Part shown: positions 28,507 to 38,745 of the stretch, piece by piece | How the letters are laid out: each line of letters starts with the position of its first letter | Position numbering within the stretch: the stretch's first letter is position 1 | Virus record (IMG/VR): IMGVR_UViG_3300024344_003081 | Reading direction: 5' to 3' (one strand) | DNA from: a virus | Taxonomy: Duplodnaviria; Caudoviricetes | Length of the DNA: 64,000 nucleotides | Translations under genes and position numbers: made by a program | The notes under the pieces: generated by a model | Told to the model about the DNA's origin: nothing | Database searches by the model: none | Seen by the model: only the letters and a program-made list of their open reading frames with translations

Positions 28507-30654
28507 ATGAAGATTTATAAACATTTTTTAACAGAAACAAAGCAAGAAAAAACAGCAGTTGTGACTTTTGGGAGAATGAATCCTCCTTCAATAGGTCATG
28601 TTAAACTTGCAAAAAAGATTGGAGCAGAGGCTAGAAAACATAAAGCAGAGCCTTTTATTTTTCTGTCCCCTACTCAGAATGCTAAAAAGGATCCTTTAGG
28701 TCCAGATAGAAAAGTTGTTTATGTTGAAAAAACAATAGGTCAAAATATCAATATAGATATTAAACCTACAGTTTTTGAAGCACTATCTGATTTATATTCT
28801 AATGGATTTAAAAAACTTGTATTTGTAGTTGGTAGTGATAGATTAGCTAAATTTTCAAAATGGATATCAGAATATAATGGAAAAGAGAAAAGACATGGAT
28901 TTTATGATTTTATAGATATCGATTTTGTAAGTTCAGGAGATCGTGATCCTGATGCTGAAGGTGTTGCTGGAATGTCTGCATCGAAATTAAGAGAATTTGC
29001 AGTTTCTGGAGATTTTGACAGTTTTAAAAAGGGAACGAAATTATCTGTTAAAGATACAAAGTCTATGTATAACGAAATTAGGAAGGCAATGAAAATTGAC
29101 ACTATAAAAGAAGCGGCTCTTAGACCTGGAACTAAAGTAAAAGTTGCTCATCCAGCAAAAGGTAAGGGAATGGTTACAGGAAAAGTAGTTCGCTATGATG
29201 ATCAAGGGCCTCATTCTCCTTTTTACGTTGTTGCTATTCCAGGATTAGCAAGATCAGAAAAAGTGCCCGCACATAAAATTAAAGAAGGAGCAGAATATCC
29301 CAAAACTCCTGAGGCAAAGAAAGCACATTTAGCTAAAATAATGAAAAAAGTGAAAGATACCGAAGCAAAAAGAGCAAAAGCGGGTTATAAAATAATAGAT
29401 AGAACTCCTGATTGGATGTTTTCTAAAGAAGAAGTTGAAGTAGATGAAATGAGTGCAGTACAAAAAACTGCTCTTAATATTCATAATCAAAGAGTTAAGT
29501 TGGGTATTGTTAAACCTGGTACTAAAAAGATCAAGAAGAAAGAAAGTGGAGTACAGAAAGCGGCTAGGGCTTCAGGAATGTCTAATAGAGAAAGATCCTT
29601 TTTGTACAATGATAATCATTTGGAAGATATTGAAATAGATGAAATGTCTAAAAAATTACTTTATAGAGCCGCATCAAAAGCAGAAGTACAAGGAAGAGAA
29701 CCTGAAAGTCCAGGTTCAGACACAGGTTTTGGTAAGAGAGATCCCGCAATAAGATTGAAACGAAGAAAACAAGCTGTTAAATTTGTTAAAGGAATATCTA
29801 AAGCATCAGAAGAAGTTGTAGTAGACGAAGCAAAAATAGAAAAACAACCTGATGATCATCTTAAAGCAAAGATGAAGCAATTGCGTACTAGCGGAAAAAC
29901 TGATATGCCTTCTTTTCAATTTATGATTAAACGTATTGGTAAAGAGATGAAGAAAAGGGGATTAGAAGAAAAAGCGCCTCCAGGAAGAGAAAAGCAAGTA
30001 AAAGCATTAAAGAAAAAAGTAGGTACAGAAAAAGCATATGCATTTGCTTGGGCGCAACATAATAAACATGGATTGCCCGAAGAAGCAGATCGAAAAAGAC
30101 TCCCGACAAGGAAACAAATTAAGAAACATTGGGCTGATACTCAAATAAAAAGAAAAAAAGAAATGATAAAAACCAGTCATCCTGGATATGATGAATCTGT
30201 TATAATAGACAATTTAAAATTAAAAGCTGAACAGTCTGGTATTCCATTTAAAATTTTACAAAAAGTATATACTCGTGGAATTAGTGCATGGAATACAGGA
30301 CATAGACCAGGAACTACTCCCCAACAATGGGCAGAGTCAAGAGTTAATTCATTTTTGACTGGTGGTAAAACTAGATTAATCGCAGATCAAGATTTATGGA
30401 TTCAAGTTAACTCTGTGCATAGAACAAAGGAAGAAATGGATACAAATCATGCATTCAAAAAATGGTTAGCCTTTAGTGAAGCAGATGTAGTTGTAGACAC
30501 TCCTCAAGGCAGATATGTAAAAAAAGGATCTGTTGCTTCAGAAAAAATGAGAGCAAAAAGGGCTTTCCGAGACCAGAAAGATAAAAAACAAGTAAGTACT
30601 AGGGTAGCTAACCCTATAGAAAGAAAATATCTTCAACGTAAAGATGAGGGATAA
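28507..30654 (+). CDS. Cytidylyltransferase-like (HxGH nucleotidyltransferase) domain fused to a modular Lys/Glu-rich tail with a DUF5824-like domain; probable internal head protein
   Basis: TFGRMNPPSIGH, VVGSDR, GMSASKLR; C-terminal KAEQSGIP...AWNTGHRPGTTPQQWAESRVNSF. Confidence 0.7.
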   Translation: MKIYKHFLTETKQEKTAVVTFGRMNPPSIGHVKLAKKIGAEARKHKAEPFIFLSPTQNAKKDPLGPDRKVVYVEKTIGQNINIDIKPTVFEALSDLYSNGFKKLVFVVGSDRLAKFSKWISEYNGKEKRHGFYDFIDIDFVSSGDRDPDAEGVAGMSASKLREFAVSGDFDSFKKGTKLSVKDTKSMYNEIRKAMKIDTIKEAALRPGTKVKVAHPAKGKGMVTGKVVRYDDQGPHSPFYVVAIPGLARSEKVPAHKIKEGAEYPKTPEAKKAHLAKIMKKVKDTEAKRAKAGYKIIDRTPDWMFSKEEVEVDEMSAVQKTALNIHNQRVKLGIVKPGTKKIKKKESGVQKAARASGMSNRERSFLYNDNHLEDIEIDEMSKKLLYRAASKAEVQGREPESPGSDTGFGKRDPAIRLKRRKQAVKFVKGISKASEEVVVDEAKIEKQPDDHLKAKMKQLRTSGKTDMPSFQFMIKRIGKEMKKRGLEEKAPPGREKQVKALKKKVGTEKAYAFAWAQHNKHGLPEEADRKRLPTRKQIKKHWADTQIKRKKEMIKTSHPGYDESVIIDNLKLKAEQSGIPFKILQKVYTRGISAWNTGHRPGTTPQQWAESRVNSFLTGGKTRLIADQDLWIQVNSVHRTKEEMDTNHAFKKWLAFSEADVVVDTPQGRYVKKGSVASEKMRAKRAFRDQKDKKQVSTRVANPIERKYLQRKDEG

Positions 30655-30656
30655 AC

Positions 30657-33600
30657 ATGGATTTTAAAACGCTTCACGAAGATTGGAAAACTTTATCACC
30701 AGGTCCTTTTACAGAACCTGAAGATGAAGCAATATATCAAGAATTTTTAAAAATAAAAGAGCAAGGTGATGTACATCATCATCATTATGCTAAAGGTGAT
30801 AATCCTGATGATAAAAAGAAACGAGAGAAAGATGCTAAAGCTAAAGCAAAAGAAGGCGAAGCAAAAGCAGATAAACCAGACAGTAATGGTGAAGCAAAAC
30901 CAAAAGAAGGTGAAGCGAAAGCAAATGATAACGGTGAAGAAAAACCAAAATTAGATCCTGTTGGAAAAGAAGATGGGGATATTGATAATGATGGAGATAA
31001 AGATAAATCTGATAAGTATCTAGCGAAAAAAAGAAAAGCAATTGGTAAATCTATTAAAGCACAGAAAAAAACGAAAAACGAAAAACCTATAAAATTATCA
31101 GGCGAAAAAGAAAAAGTTAAACTTCATAAGGGAGTTGAAGAAGCAAGTACATATAGAGATAGTAAAAAAGCAGAGGATAATAAAAAGGTCAAGAAATTTG
31201 CTTTTGGAAAGAAAAAAGAAAGAAGAATTGCTGGTCAATATCATTCAGGATATAGTAAAGAAGAAACAGAACTTGGAGAGGGTCACGAAAAAGAAATTGC
31301 TAATTTTATGGACAAAGCATTTCAAGGAGTAGACTATCATTTTAAACAAGGCGCACTTCATGTAGCAAAAGGATTTAGAGGAAAAGTTGCACGAAGAATG
31401 GCGGGGGAAGGAATTAAACCTCCTATAAAAGGTATAAAAGAAGAAGCCGAACTTAAAGAAGCAGAATATGTAAAACCAGTTTTCTCGGGTAAAGAAAAAG
31501 CAAATATAAAGAGAACACTCGGATTTTCATTTGCAGACAAGGTTAAAAAATATAATAAAAAATTACAAAAAACAAAAGATTCTATTAACAAATATAAAAC
31601 AGAAGATACTGAAATTGAAGAAAGAGCATTGTCTGGTAAAGAAGTTGCTCAAAGAATGCTAAATTATAAAGGTAGAGGTGGTCATAATTATTTAAAAGGA
31701 TTTGCAAAAGATGTTGCAAAAATGAGAACAGTTACTAGAAATGATTTAGAAAAATTATTTCCCGATTATGTTGATGGAAGTGATATTACAAAATTATTAG
31801 AGGGATGGAAAAAAGGAAAATATAAAATTACTGATGATAAAGGAAAAATACATGGTGTATTTAATTCTGGTCGTCAAGCTGAAAAAGCACAACAAGATAT
31901 GATGCAAAAAGGAGATCATAAGAGACTTGAAGTATCAGCGGTGAACGAAGGAGAATTAGATGAAGCTCCATCAAACTACGAAGATGAAATTAAAAAATTT
32001 AAAGCTGGTGGCGGAAAAGTTAAAAAATTAAAGCCTGGCAAAAAATTTGGAAGTCTTTTTAAACAAAAGGGACCAAAAAGACCCCCACGACAAGCTGAAG
32101 AAACAGAAGATGTGGAAGAGGGTACTGGATTACAAGTAAAAATGGCTTTAGATGATGCAGGATTAAAGGGGAAATTCAAAGATGGAAAAGTTAGTGTTCA
32201 TAAAAAACATATGAAAAAAGCACACAAAGCCCTAAAAGGAAATGTCTATTATAAAGGAAAAACTCCTGATGTTGTGGGAGAGGACACACTTGATGAAGCA
32301 ACAAAATCTCAATTGCGTGATTTTTCTCAGGAGTTAGCCGCTTATGCAAGAAAACATAGAAGCAGTATTGATAAACAATATTATGAAAAAATCGCACAAA
32401 TAGCCGCGGCAGGAAAAATACCTTCTGCTAAAGATATTGATACTGATACAGAGCCACGAGATGTTGTTTTAGGTATGATGGCTAAATCTTTTCCTTCAGG
32501 AGTAATGAAAAGTTTTAAAGGAGTTTCTCCTGCTCTTGATCGTTCTTTGTCAAAAGGTAGTGGACTTTATTATGCTCGACATGGTGAAGAAGTCGAACAT
32601 GAAGGTGATATGACAGAAGATTTAAAAGCAATTGAAAAAGAAATTGATAAACTTCATAGTCGAACCAAACATATGAAGTATCTTACTGGAAAAGATCGTG
32701 ATGCAATGCGGGCTTTGTCAAGAAAAAGAGATGCCGCTTTAAAGGGACGTAAATTTGAAGAGGTAGAACTTGATGAATTAGTTGCTCCAGGAAAAAAATC
32801 TGCAAGTGGTTATATACTTTATCATAAAACCTTTTCAGATGCAATGCAACATGCAGTTGATCATGCAAAAACAAAAGGTGCTATTGTAGATCCTAAAGAA
32901 ATAGATGATAAAGTTGCAACTGGCCCAAGAAAACCATCAAGCGGTAAGACAAATCGTTATTCATTAGGTGCAGGAAGAAAAACAGTACAAATTCAAGTTG
33001 CAAATTTAGACAACAAAGCATACGAATTGAACATGTATATTGAAGGTGTTCAATTTGATGAAGATTTTAAAGGAAGAATTTCTAACAACCCACTAATAAA
33101 TAAACTTTACTTGATGAATCAAGCAAAGGCTATTGCAAAAGAAAAAGCAGGTCCCGATAAAGAACATAAAATTTCTGCTTGGGAAGATTTAGCTAAAAAA
33201 ATGGGATTCGACAGACGAGATTATGAAGAGTTTGGTGAACATCAAGGTATGTATGAATCCTCTATACCACAAGAAAAGGGAGATATGGCTACTAAAACAA
33301 GACTAAAACTTGAAAAGGTTCTAGAAAATAGAAAAAAGATTGTAGAGCCTAAGGAGAGTGAAAGAGCAGGAGAATGGGGAACTGATAAGTTGTCTGACAA
33401 TTATAAGGAAGCCACTCCTGGTCAAGATGTAAAAGAAGGAAATGTCATTGTCAATGACAGAGATCCTTATAGGGTGTTTGAACACATGGTTCATTATTTA
33501 ATGGGTACTTCTATTAAAAATGTAGAAGATTATTCATTTTATAAAATTGAAGAAACACCTGATAAATTGAGATTAGAAAATAAAGAAGGAGCTTTAGCAA

Positions 33601-33875
33601 CAATTACTTTAGCTGATGTTCAATCTTTTTACGATGATCAAGATATGGGTATGGATGAATTTGTTGAAATGATAGTAGGATTTGGTGTTAAAGAATTGAC
33701 AGAAAAAGAAAATAGTATTATAGGAGACGAAGGTACTCCTGCTATTGGAAAAGACAAAATGGGGCAAGGTATCTATACTACTGATCCACCCAAAACTTTT
33801 GAAAATATAGATGTATATTCAAAATATATTCAATCAAATGAACAGCGGCTAAAAAAAGGTTTCGTTGTAAGCTAA
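30657..33875 (+). CDS. Large modular charged protein, probable internal head polyprotein
   Basis: Short basic modules separated by repeated (L/I/V)xE motifs; DxDxDG segment DGDIDNDGDKD. Confidence 0.55.
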   Translation: MDFKTLHEDWKTLSPGPFTEPEDEAIYQEFLKIKEQGDVHHHHYAKGDNPDDKKKREKDAKAKAKEGEAKADKPDSNGEAKPKEGEAKANDNGEEKPKLDPVGKEDGDIDNDGDKDKSDKYLAKKRKAIGKSIKAQKKTKNEKPIKLSGEKEKVKLHKGVEEASTYRDSKKAEDNKKVKKFAFGKKKERRIAGQYHSGYSKEETELGEGHEKEIANFMDKAFQGVDYHFKQGALHVAKGFRGKVARRMAGEGIKPPIKGIKEEAELKEAEYVKPVFSGKEKANIKRTLGFSFADKVKKYNKKLQKTKDSINKYKTEDTEIEERALSGKEVAQRMLNYKGRGGHNYLKGFAKDVAKMRTVTRNDLEKLFPDYVDGSDITKLLEGWKKGKYKITDDKGKIHGVFNSGRQAEKAQQDMMQKGDHKRLEVSAVNEGELDEAPSNYEDEIKKFKAGGGKVKKLKPGKKFGSLFKQKGPKRPPRQAEETEDVEEGTGLQVKMALDDAGLKGKFKDGKVSVHKKHMKKAHKALKGNVYYKGKTPDVVGEDTLDEATKSQLRDFSQELAAYARKHRSSIDKQYYEKIAQIAAAGKIPSAKDIDTDTEPRDVVLGMMAKSFPSGVMKSFKGVSPALDRSLSKGSGLYYARHGEEVEHEGDMTEDLKAIEKEIDKLHSRTKHMKYLTGKDRDAMRALSRKRDAALKGRKFEEVELDELVAPGKKSASGYILYHKTFSDAMQHAVDHAKTKGAIVDPKEIDDKVATGPRKPSSGKTNRYSLGAGRKTVQIQVANLDNKAYELNMYIEGVQFDEDFKGRISNNPLINKLYLMNQAKAIAKEKAGPDKEHKISAWEDLAKKMGFDRRDYEEFGEHQGMYESSIPQEKGDMATKTRLKLEKVLENRKKIVEPKESERAGEWGTDKLSDNYKEATPGQDVKEGNVIVNDRDPYRVFEHMVHYLMGTSIKNVEDYSFYKIEETPDKLRLENKEGALATITLADVQSFYDDQDMGMDEFVEMIVGFGVKELTEKENSIIGDEGTPAIGKDKMGQGIYTTDPPKTFENIDVYSKYIQSNEQRLKKGFVVS

Positions 33876-33911
33876 ATAATGAGAATAAACAATTTTAATT
33901 AGGAGAAAACA

Positions 33912-34523
33912 ATGCCTTTATGGGGAACAGATGGTGATGTTGCAACCAATAAGCCTAAATTTTTGCCCGATGATACAAATAGTCCTTATGATAAGACTAT
34001 GGTTTTTGCAAATCAATCAGGCTGGGCAGTAACAGGCGCCGCAACTGGTAATGGAAATGCAGATGCTACTCCAGAAGTTCTTGTAGCAATTCGTGGTCTC
34101 GCTGGAGCCACGGCCGCAACTGGACTAAAACATCCAACTATGACAAATTTCAGAGTACTTACTTCGGCCGCTCATGGTACTGGAAGTAATATTGTATTTG
34201 AAATCATCTATGATGAACGAATAAAGTATACTGCTGGATCTGCGGCCACTTTTCTTTTGACTGCATCAGCAGGCGGAAACGTAACTGCAACACTTACACA
34301 CCTAAATGGAACAGCATTAGCAACTGGTGGAGTAGGAAATAGATTGAGATTTACTGCAACCAGTGGTGCCGCAGGAACTTTTACTCTTGCGGATGATGTA
34401 GCAATGGGAAATCGAACAGATTTATCTGATAATATTTCTGGAACTGCCTTAGAAGCGGCATCAGGACTACTTAGTTCTGCAGTTAAGACTGCAATAGGTG
34501 TTTCAGTAATAACAATTGCATAA
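33912..34523 (+). CDS. Putative virion structural protein
   Basis: MPLWG...KPKFLP...QSGW N-terminus; Ala/Gly/Thr-rich; late block. Confidence 0.55.
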   Translation: MPLWGTDGDVATNKPKFLPDDTNSPYDKTMVFANQSGWAVTGAATGNGNADATPEVLVAIRGLAGATAATGLKHPTMTNFRVLTSAAHGTGSNIVFEIIYDERIKYTAGSAATFLLTASAGGNVTATLTHLNGTALATGGVGNRLRFTATSGAAGTFTLADDVAMGNRTDLSDNISGTALEAASGLLSSAVKTAIGVSVITIA

Positions 34524-34551
34524 TATAATTGATTTTTGAAAAAAGGTTATA

Positions 34552-34851
34552 ATGGAAGAAGAATATAATGAAGAATTTGGTAATAATGTTCCTGATCTTA
34601 ACATTGAAGAAGAGACTCCTTTTGTAGGAAGTATAAGTACTACTGCAATGGAGTCTCATACTTCTATTCTTGAAAAGAAATTGCTTGAAATTGAAGATAT
34701 GTTTGAAGGTCAAGAAGAAGAATTAAAAGCTCTTGCAATTGAGAAAGAAGAGCTAAATAATAGAGAAGAAGCCGTGAAATACGAATTAAGCGGATTACAT
34801 GGCGCTAAAGTAGTTTTACAACAATTAATTGAAGAAGCAAAAGATTCATAA
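34552..34851 (+). CDS. Hypothetical acidic coiled-coil protein
   Basis: Glu-rich heptad-like pattern. Confidence 0.6.
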   Translation: MEEEYNEEFGNNVPDLNIEEETPFVGSISTTAMESHTSILEKKLLEIEDMFEGQEEELKALAIEKEELNNREEAVKYELSGLHGAKVVLQQLIEEAKDS

Positions 34852-34906
34852 ACCGGTCTTGGCTGAGTCCCAGCAACTTCACCGCTATTATTAAGGAGTT
34901 AAAGCA

Positions 34907-35695
34907 ATGGCTGACAAAAAGATGACGGATCTGACCGATCTTACTACTGGAGTAGCATCCGATGATATTATTCATATAGTAGATGATCCATCAGGTAGTC
35001 CTGTCAATAAAAAAGTTAACGTTTTCAATCTTTTTGGAAACTTAAATCATTCTACAAATACGGGTGATGCCACTGGCAGATCATTCGTTTCTACATCTAT
35101 TTCAACTTCACTTGGTACAACTGCAGGAGATATTGCATCATTTAATGCACAAACAACACATGATCATAGAACAGGTGATGCTAATTCAGTAGTTAATGTC
35201 TATGGAGCTAAAATAGATGCAAATCTTTCGGGTTCTAATTCAATAGTCACTACTGCCGCCGCAGGTGCAAAAATCACTCTTAATATGACAAATGGTCTTC
35301 ACAAAGATAACGTGAATACTTCATATACTGGCGGTGTTACAAGAACATATGGTATGATGATTGATGTTAATGATGATGCTGGTGATAGAGCAACAAAACC
35401 AGATGCATTTATTAGTTTAAGAGACCTTGGAGGTGGTATGGCATCAACTAATGCTAATGATCCATCTGCACAAGCAGTACACTATTTTGTTGAACTGGGT
35501 TCAGAGCTTGGTGCCGCAGGTAATCAACATGGACATGTTGCCGCTTCGGCCGCCGCTAATACAACAGCAAGAGATTCAAATCTTATTATGTTTGCAACTG
35601 CTACTGCTGATATTACATCTAATGCTAGATTGCGAATGAAAGTAAATGGAACTGAATACTGGTTGTTAGCAACCGCTAATGGACATCTTAGCTGA
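34907..35695 (+). CDS. Putative tail fibre/appendage protein
   Basis: MADKKMTDL...VDDPSGSPVNKKV N-terminus paralogous to the next gene. Confidence 0.55.
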   Translation: MADKKMTDLTDLTTGVASDDIIHIVDDPSGSPVNKKVNVFNLFGNLNHSTNTGDATGRSFVSTSISTSLGTTAGDIASFNAQTTHDHRTGDANSVVNVYGAKIDANLSGSNSIVTTAAAGAKITLNMTNGLHKDNVNTSYTGGVTRTYGMMIDVNDDAGDRATKPDAFISLRDLGGGMASTNANDPSAQAVHYFVELGSELGAAGNQHGHVAASAAANTTARDSNLIMFATATADITSNARLRMKVNGTEYWLLATANGHLS

Positions 35696-35710
35696 TAAAA
35701 GGTTAAATAA

Positions 35711-38023
35711 ATGGCAGACAAACGCATTTCGGGACTGCCTTCACTATCATCTGCGGCCAGAGAAGACTTATTATTGGTCGTAGATGATCCAGCGGGGACT
35801 CCCTCAAATAAAAAAGTAACATTAACACAATTTTTTTCAAATGTTGAACCTGAAATAGTGTTTGCTAACACTAAAGCATTAGGTAGTTCGACTAATGCTT
35901 CTGTTATTTTCAAAGGCGGTGTTGCTGTTAATGATAGTGTTAAAGTTGATACAGATTTGACAGTAAATGCTAATGCAACTATAAATGTTGTTACAATGAC
36001 CGCCATACATTCCAATGTACAACCAGGAACAAATGCTACTCATGATTTAGGTAATACAACTATAGGTTGGAAAAATGCATATGTAGGAATAATTTCTGGT
36101 GATACTGAATCCAATCTGTTACTCGCCGCAAATACTAATGCTTCAGCAAATATTACATTTACAGGCGGATTAGTTCATATAAAAAGCAATTCTACAATTG
36201 CTGGTCAAGATACTACAATTACATCAAATGCATCATTTACAGGAAATGTAATTGCTTCTGGACCAAATACTCATATTGCATCGAATTCTACAATAGCAGG
36301 AGCAAATACTGTAATTACAGCCAATGCACTTTTTTCTGGTGCTAATGTAGTTATTGATGGTACAAATGCACATATAACATCAAATACTACTATAGCAGGA
36401 ACGAATACAGATTTTACATCTAATACACTTTGGATTTCTGATCTAAATCGTTTTATGGGTTCTAATACTCAATTTACAACCAATGCTTATTTTCAAGGAA
36501 CGGATGTAAGGGTTACAGCAAATATTCATATGAGCGGTTCAAATGTTCATATTCAAGGATCAAATACGTTTGTTTCTTCAAACACAACATTAAAAGGAAC
36601 AAATACAGATATTACATCCAATGTTACTATGACTTCAAATGTAGCATTGACTTCAGCGGTAGATTCTACAAGTAATACATCTGGTGCTTTAGTAGTATCA
36701 GGTGGTGTGGGTATTCTTAAAAGTGCAGTTATTGGTGGAAATTTAAGATGTCATGGAAATATACATGCAAACGGAAATATTACGGCAGATGGCGGAACAA
36801 TCACTCTCGGTGATTCTGCGGATGATACAGTAACATTTAATGCTGATATTGGTTCTGATATTATTCCAAATGTGGACTCATCTTCTGATTTAGGAAATAC
36901 CACACATAGATTTGCAAATGCTTATATTGATGATGTAGTATTAACAGGGAATCTTGATGTGGGTGGTACAGTAACATCTACAGGAAATGTAAGTGGAGCA
37001 TTTGGAATATTTTCTGATAATGTATCAATTGGAACCGATAAATCATTAACATTTAGAGATGCTACTTTAGAAATTAATTCTCCAAATGATGGAGAAATAG
37101 AAATTACTGCAGATGATCTTATTACACTTACTGCAACTGCAAATGTGGAAATAGATTCAGCAGTCTTAAATGTCACATCGAATACAACTGTAGGAGGCAC
37201 AAATACAGTTATTGGTTCGAATGTTACGATAAATGGTGCAAATACAGTTATTGCTAGTGCAAATGTAAATCTTACTGGAGCTGGAGCAACTATAGATGGT
37301 ACATTAATGAATGTTAAGTCTAATGTTGTTATGTCAGGAATTACAACTCTGGGAGTAGATGGTTCAGGTAAAAACTTTACAGTTTGGGCTAATACTTCTG
37401 GACAAAAAATTCAGTTAAAAGCAGATTCAGATCAATTTATTGCAAATACACAAATTGAAAGTAGTGAAAAAATTCGGTCTGATGGTGATGTTTTTGTAGC
37501 AAACGATTGTTCTCTTGTATTTGGTAGTCAATTTAAAATTATGGATACTGCAAGTACAACTGGTTTTCTTTTACAAGAAGACGGAACTGCGGCAGGAAGT
37601 GGAACTGAAGGTGGAAGACTTGATTTAGAAGCAAGTCATACATTAACTCATAATACATCTGCTGGATTTATTTTTAATGATAATTTAAGAACCGATAAAT
37701 CAATTGCTCTCTATGGTGCAACTCTCACTTCTGCTACAGTTGGAGATGCCGCAGGTGTTTTTGCAGTAAAAAATGGAACTGCACCAACTGTTCAAGGAGC
37801 AGATCAAGCATATTTGTATGCAAAAGATGATGCATCAGAATCACACATATATACAATGGATGAGGGTGGAAACGAAACAAAACTGGGTCCTCATAATGAA
37901 GATGGAGAATGGGAATTTTATTCCAGAAATGTTAAAACGGGAAAAGTTATGCGTGTTAATATGGAACGCATGATAAAGAAATTAGAAGAATTTACAGGAG
38001 AAAATTTTATAGAAGAAAATTGA
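35711..38023 (+). CDS. Putative tail fibre/appendage protein with Asn/Thr-rich beta repeats
   Basis: MADKRISGL...VDDPAGTPSNKKV; repeats such as SNSTIAG.NT.IT; HDLGNTT..WKNAY and SDLGNTTHRFANAY motifs. Confidence 0.65.
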   Translation: MADKRISGLPSLSSAAREDLLLVVDDPAGTPSNKKVTLTQFFSNVEPEIVFANTKALGSSTNASVIFKGGVAVNDSVKVDTDLTVNANATINVVTMTAIHSNVQPGTNATHDLGNTTIGWKNAYVGIISGDTESNLLLAANTNASANITFTGGLVHIKSNSTIAGQDTTITSNASFTGNVIASGPNTHIASNSTIAGANTVITANALFSGANVVIDGTNAHITSNTTIAGTNTDFTSNTLWISDLNRFMGSNTQFTTNAYFQGTDVRVTANIHMSGSNVHIQGSNTFVSSNTTLKGTNTDITSNVTMTSNVALTSAVDSTSNTSGALVVSGGVGILKSAVIGGNLRCHGNIHANGNITADGGTITLGDSADDTVTFNADIGSDIIPNVDSSSDLGNTTHRFANAYIDDVVLTGNLDVGGTVTSTGNVSGAFGIFSDNVSIGTDKSLTFRDATLEINSPNDGEIEITADDLITLTATANVEIDSAVLNVTSNTTVGGTNTVIGSNVTINGANTVIASANVNLTGAGATIDGTLMNVKSNVVMSGITTLGVDGSGKNFTVWANTSGQKIQLKADSDQFIANTQIESSEKIRSDGDVFVANDCSLVFGSQFKIMDTASTTGFLLQEDGTAAGSGTEGGRLDLEASHTLTHNTSAGFIFNDNLRTDKSIALYGATLTSATVGDAAGVFAVKNGTAPTVQGADQAYLYAKDDASESHIYTMDEGGNETKLGPHNEDGEWEFYSRNVKTGKVMRVNMERMIKKLEEFTGENFIEEN

Positions 38024-38030
38024 TAATATT

Positions 38031-38315
38031 ATGAAAAAAATTAAAAAAAATGAAACAGTTTTAGAAAAAGAATATACATCATTGTATGAAGATAATAAAA
38101 AAAGGAGTGATATTGTTATGATTGAAAAAATCGAAGCTGAACTTGAAAAATTAAACAATGATAGAACTATGACAATACAGAAAATAAATCAGTTTGAATC
38201 AGAATTAGTAAATTTAAAAAATCATCTTAGTATGATCAGTGGAGCTATTCAAACATGTACTTATTTTTTAACAGGTAAAGAAAAAAGTGAAAATGAAGAA
38301 GTAGTATCTAATTGA
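38031..38315 (+). CDS. Hypothetical coiled-coil protein
   Basis: Heptad pattern; follows the fibre gene. Confidence 0.55.
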   Translation: MKKIKKNETVLEKEYTSLYEDNKKRSDIVMIEKIEAELEKLNNDRTMTIQKINQFESELVNLKNHLSMISGAIQTCTYFLTGKEKSENEEVVSN

Positions 38316-38325
38316 AAGAGAGATA

Positions 38326-38745
38326 GTGTTTGAAGACTTGAATAAAGATAATTTTATCTTATATGCAATGAAATATTATGAGAATCCTCAATGTTTAAGT
38401 GAACAAGATTTTCATGATGATTTAAAAATTATAAAGTATTTAAAAAGATTATTAAATAGATATCATTTGGGTGGTGAATTAAAAGAAAGATTAATCTTAA
38501 ACCATTTAATAACATTAGGAAATGTTTTTCCTATTGAAGTTTTAACGAGAATATTATTTTTAAAAATATCTCAAAAATATTGGACCTATTTAAAAACTTT
38601 TTTAATATTTTTAGATTATATGCCAGATCAAATATCTAGTATAAATGGTGAAAAAATTATTAGTAGTAATATAACAGTAAATTTAGAAATAGCAGATAGA
38701 TTAAGAGAGATAATACCAGATGGGACTAGCATCAGCGGCAGGTAA
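38326..38745 (+). CDS. Conserved T4-like hypothetical protein
   Basis: GTG start; NFILYAMKYYENPQC...LKERLILNHLI pattern typical of marine T4-like phages. Confidence 0.7.
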   Translation: MFEDLNKDNFILYAMKYYENPQCLSEQDFHDDLKIIKYLKRLLNRYHLGGELKERLILNHLITLGNVFPIEVLTRILFLKISQKYWTYLKTFLIFLDYMPDQISSINGEKIISSNITVNLEIADRLREIIPDGTSISGR

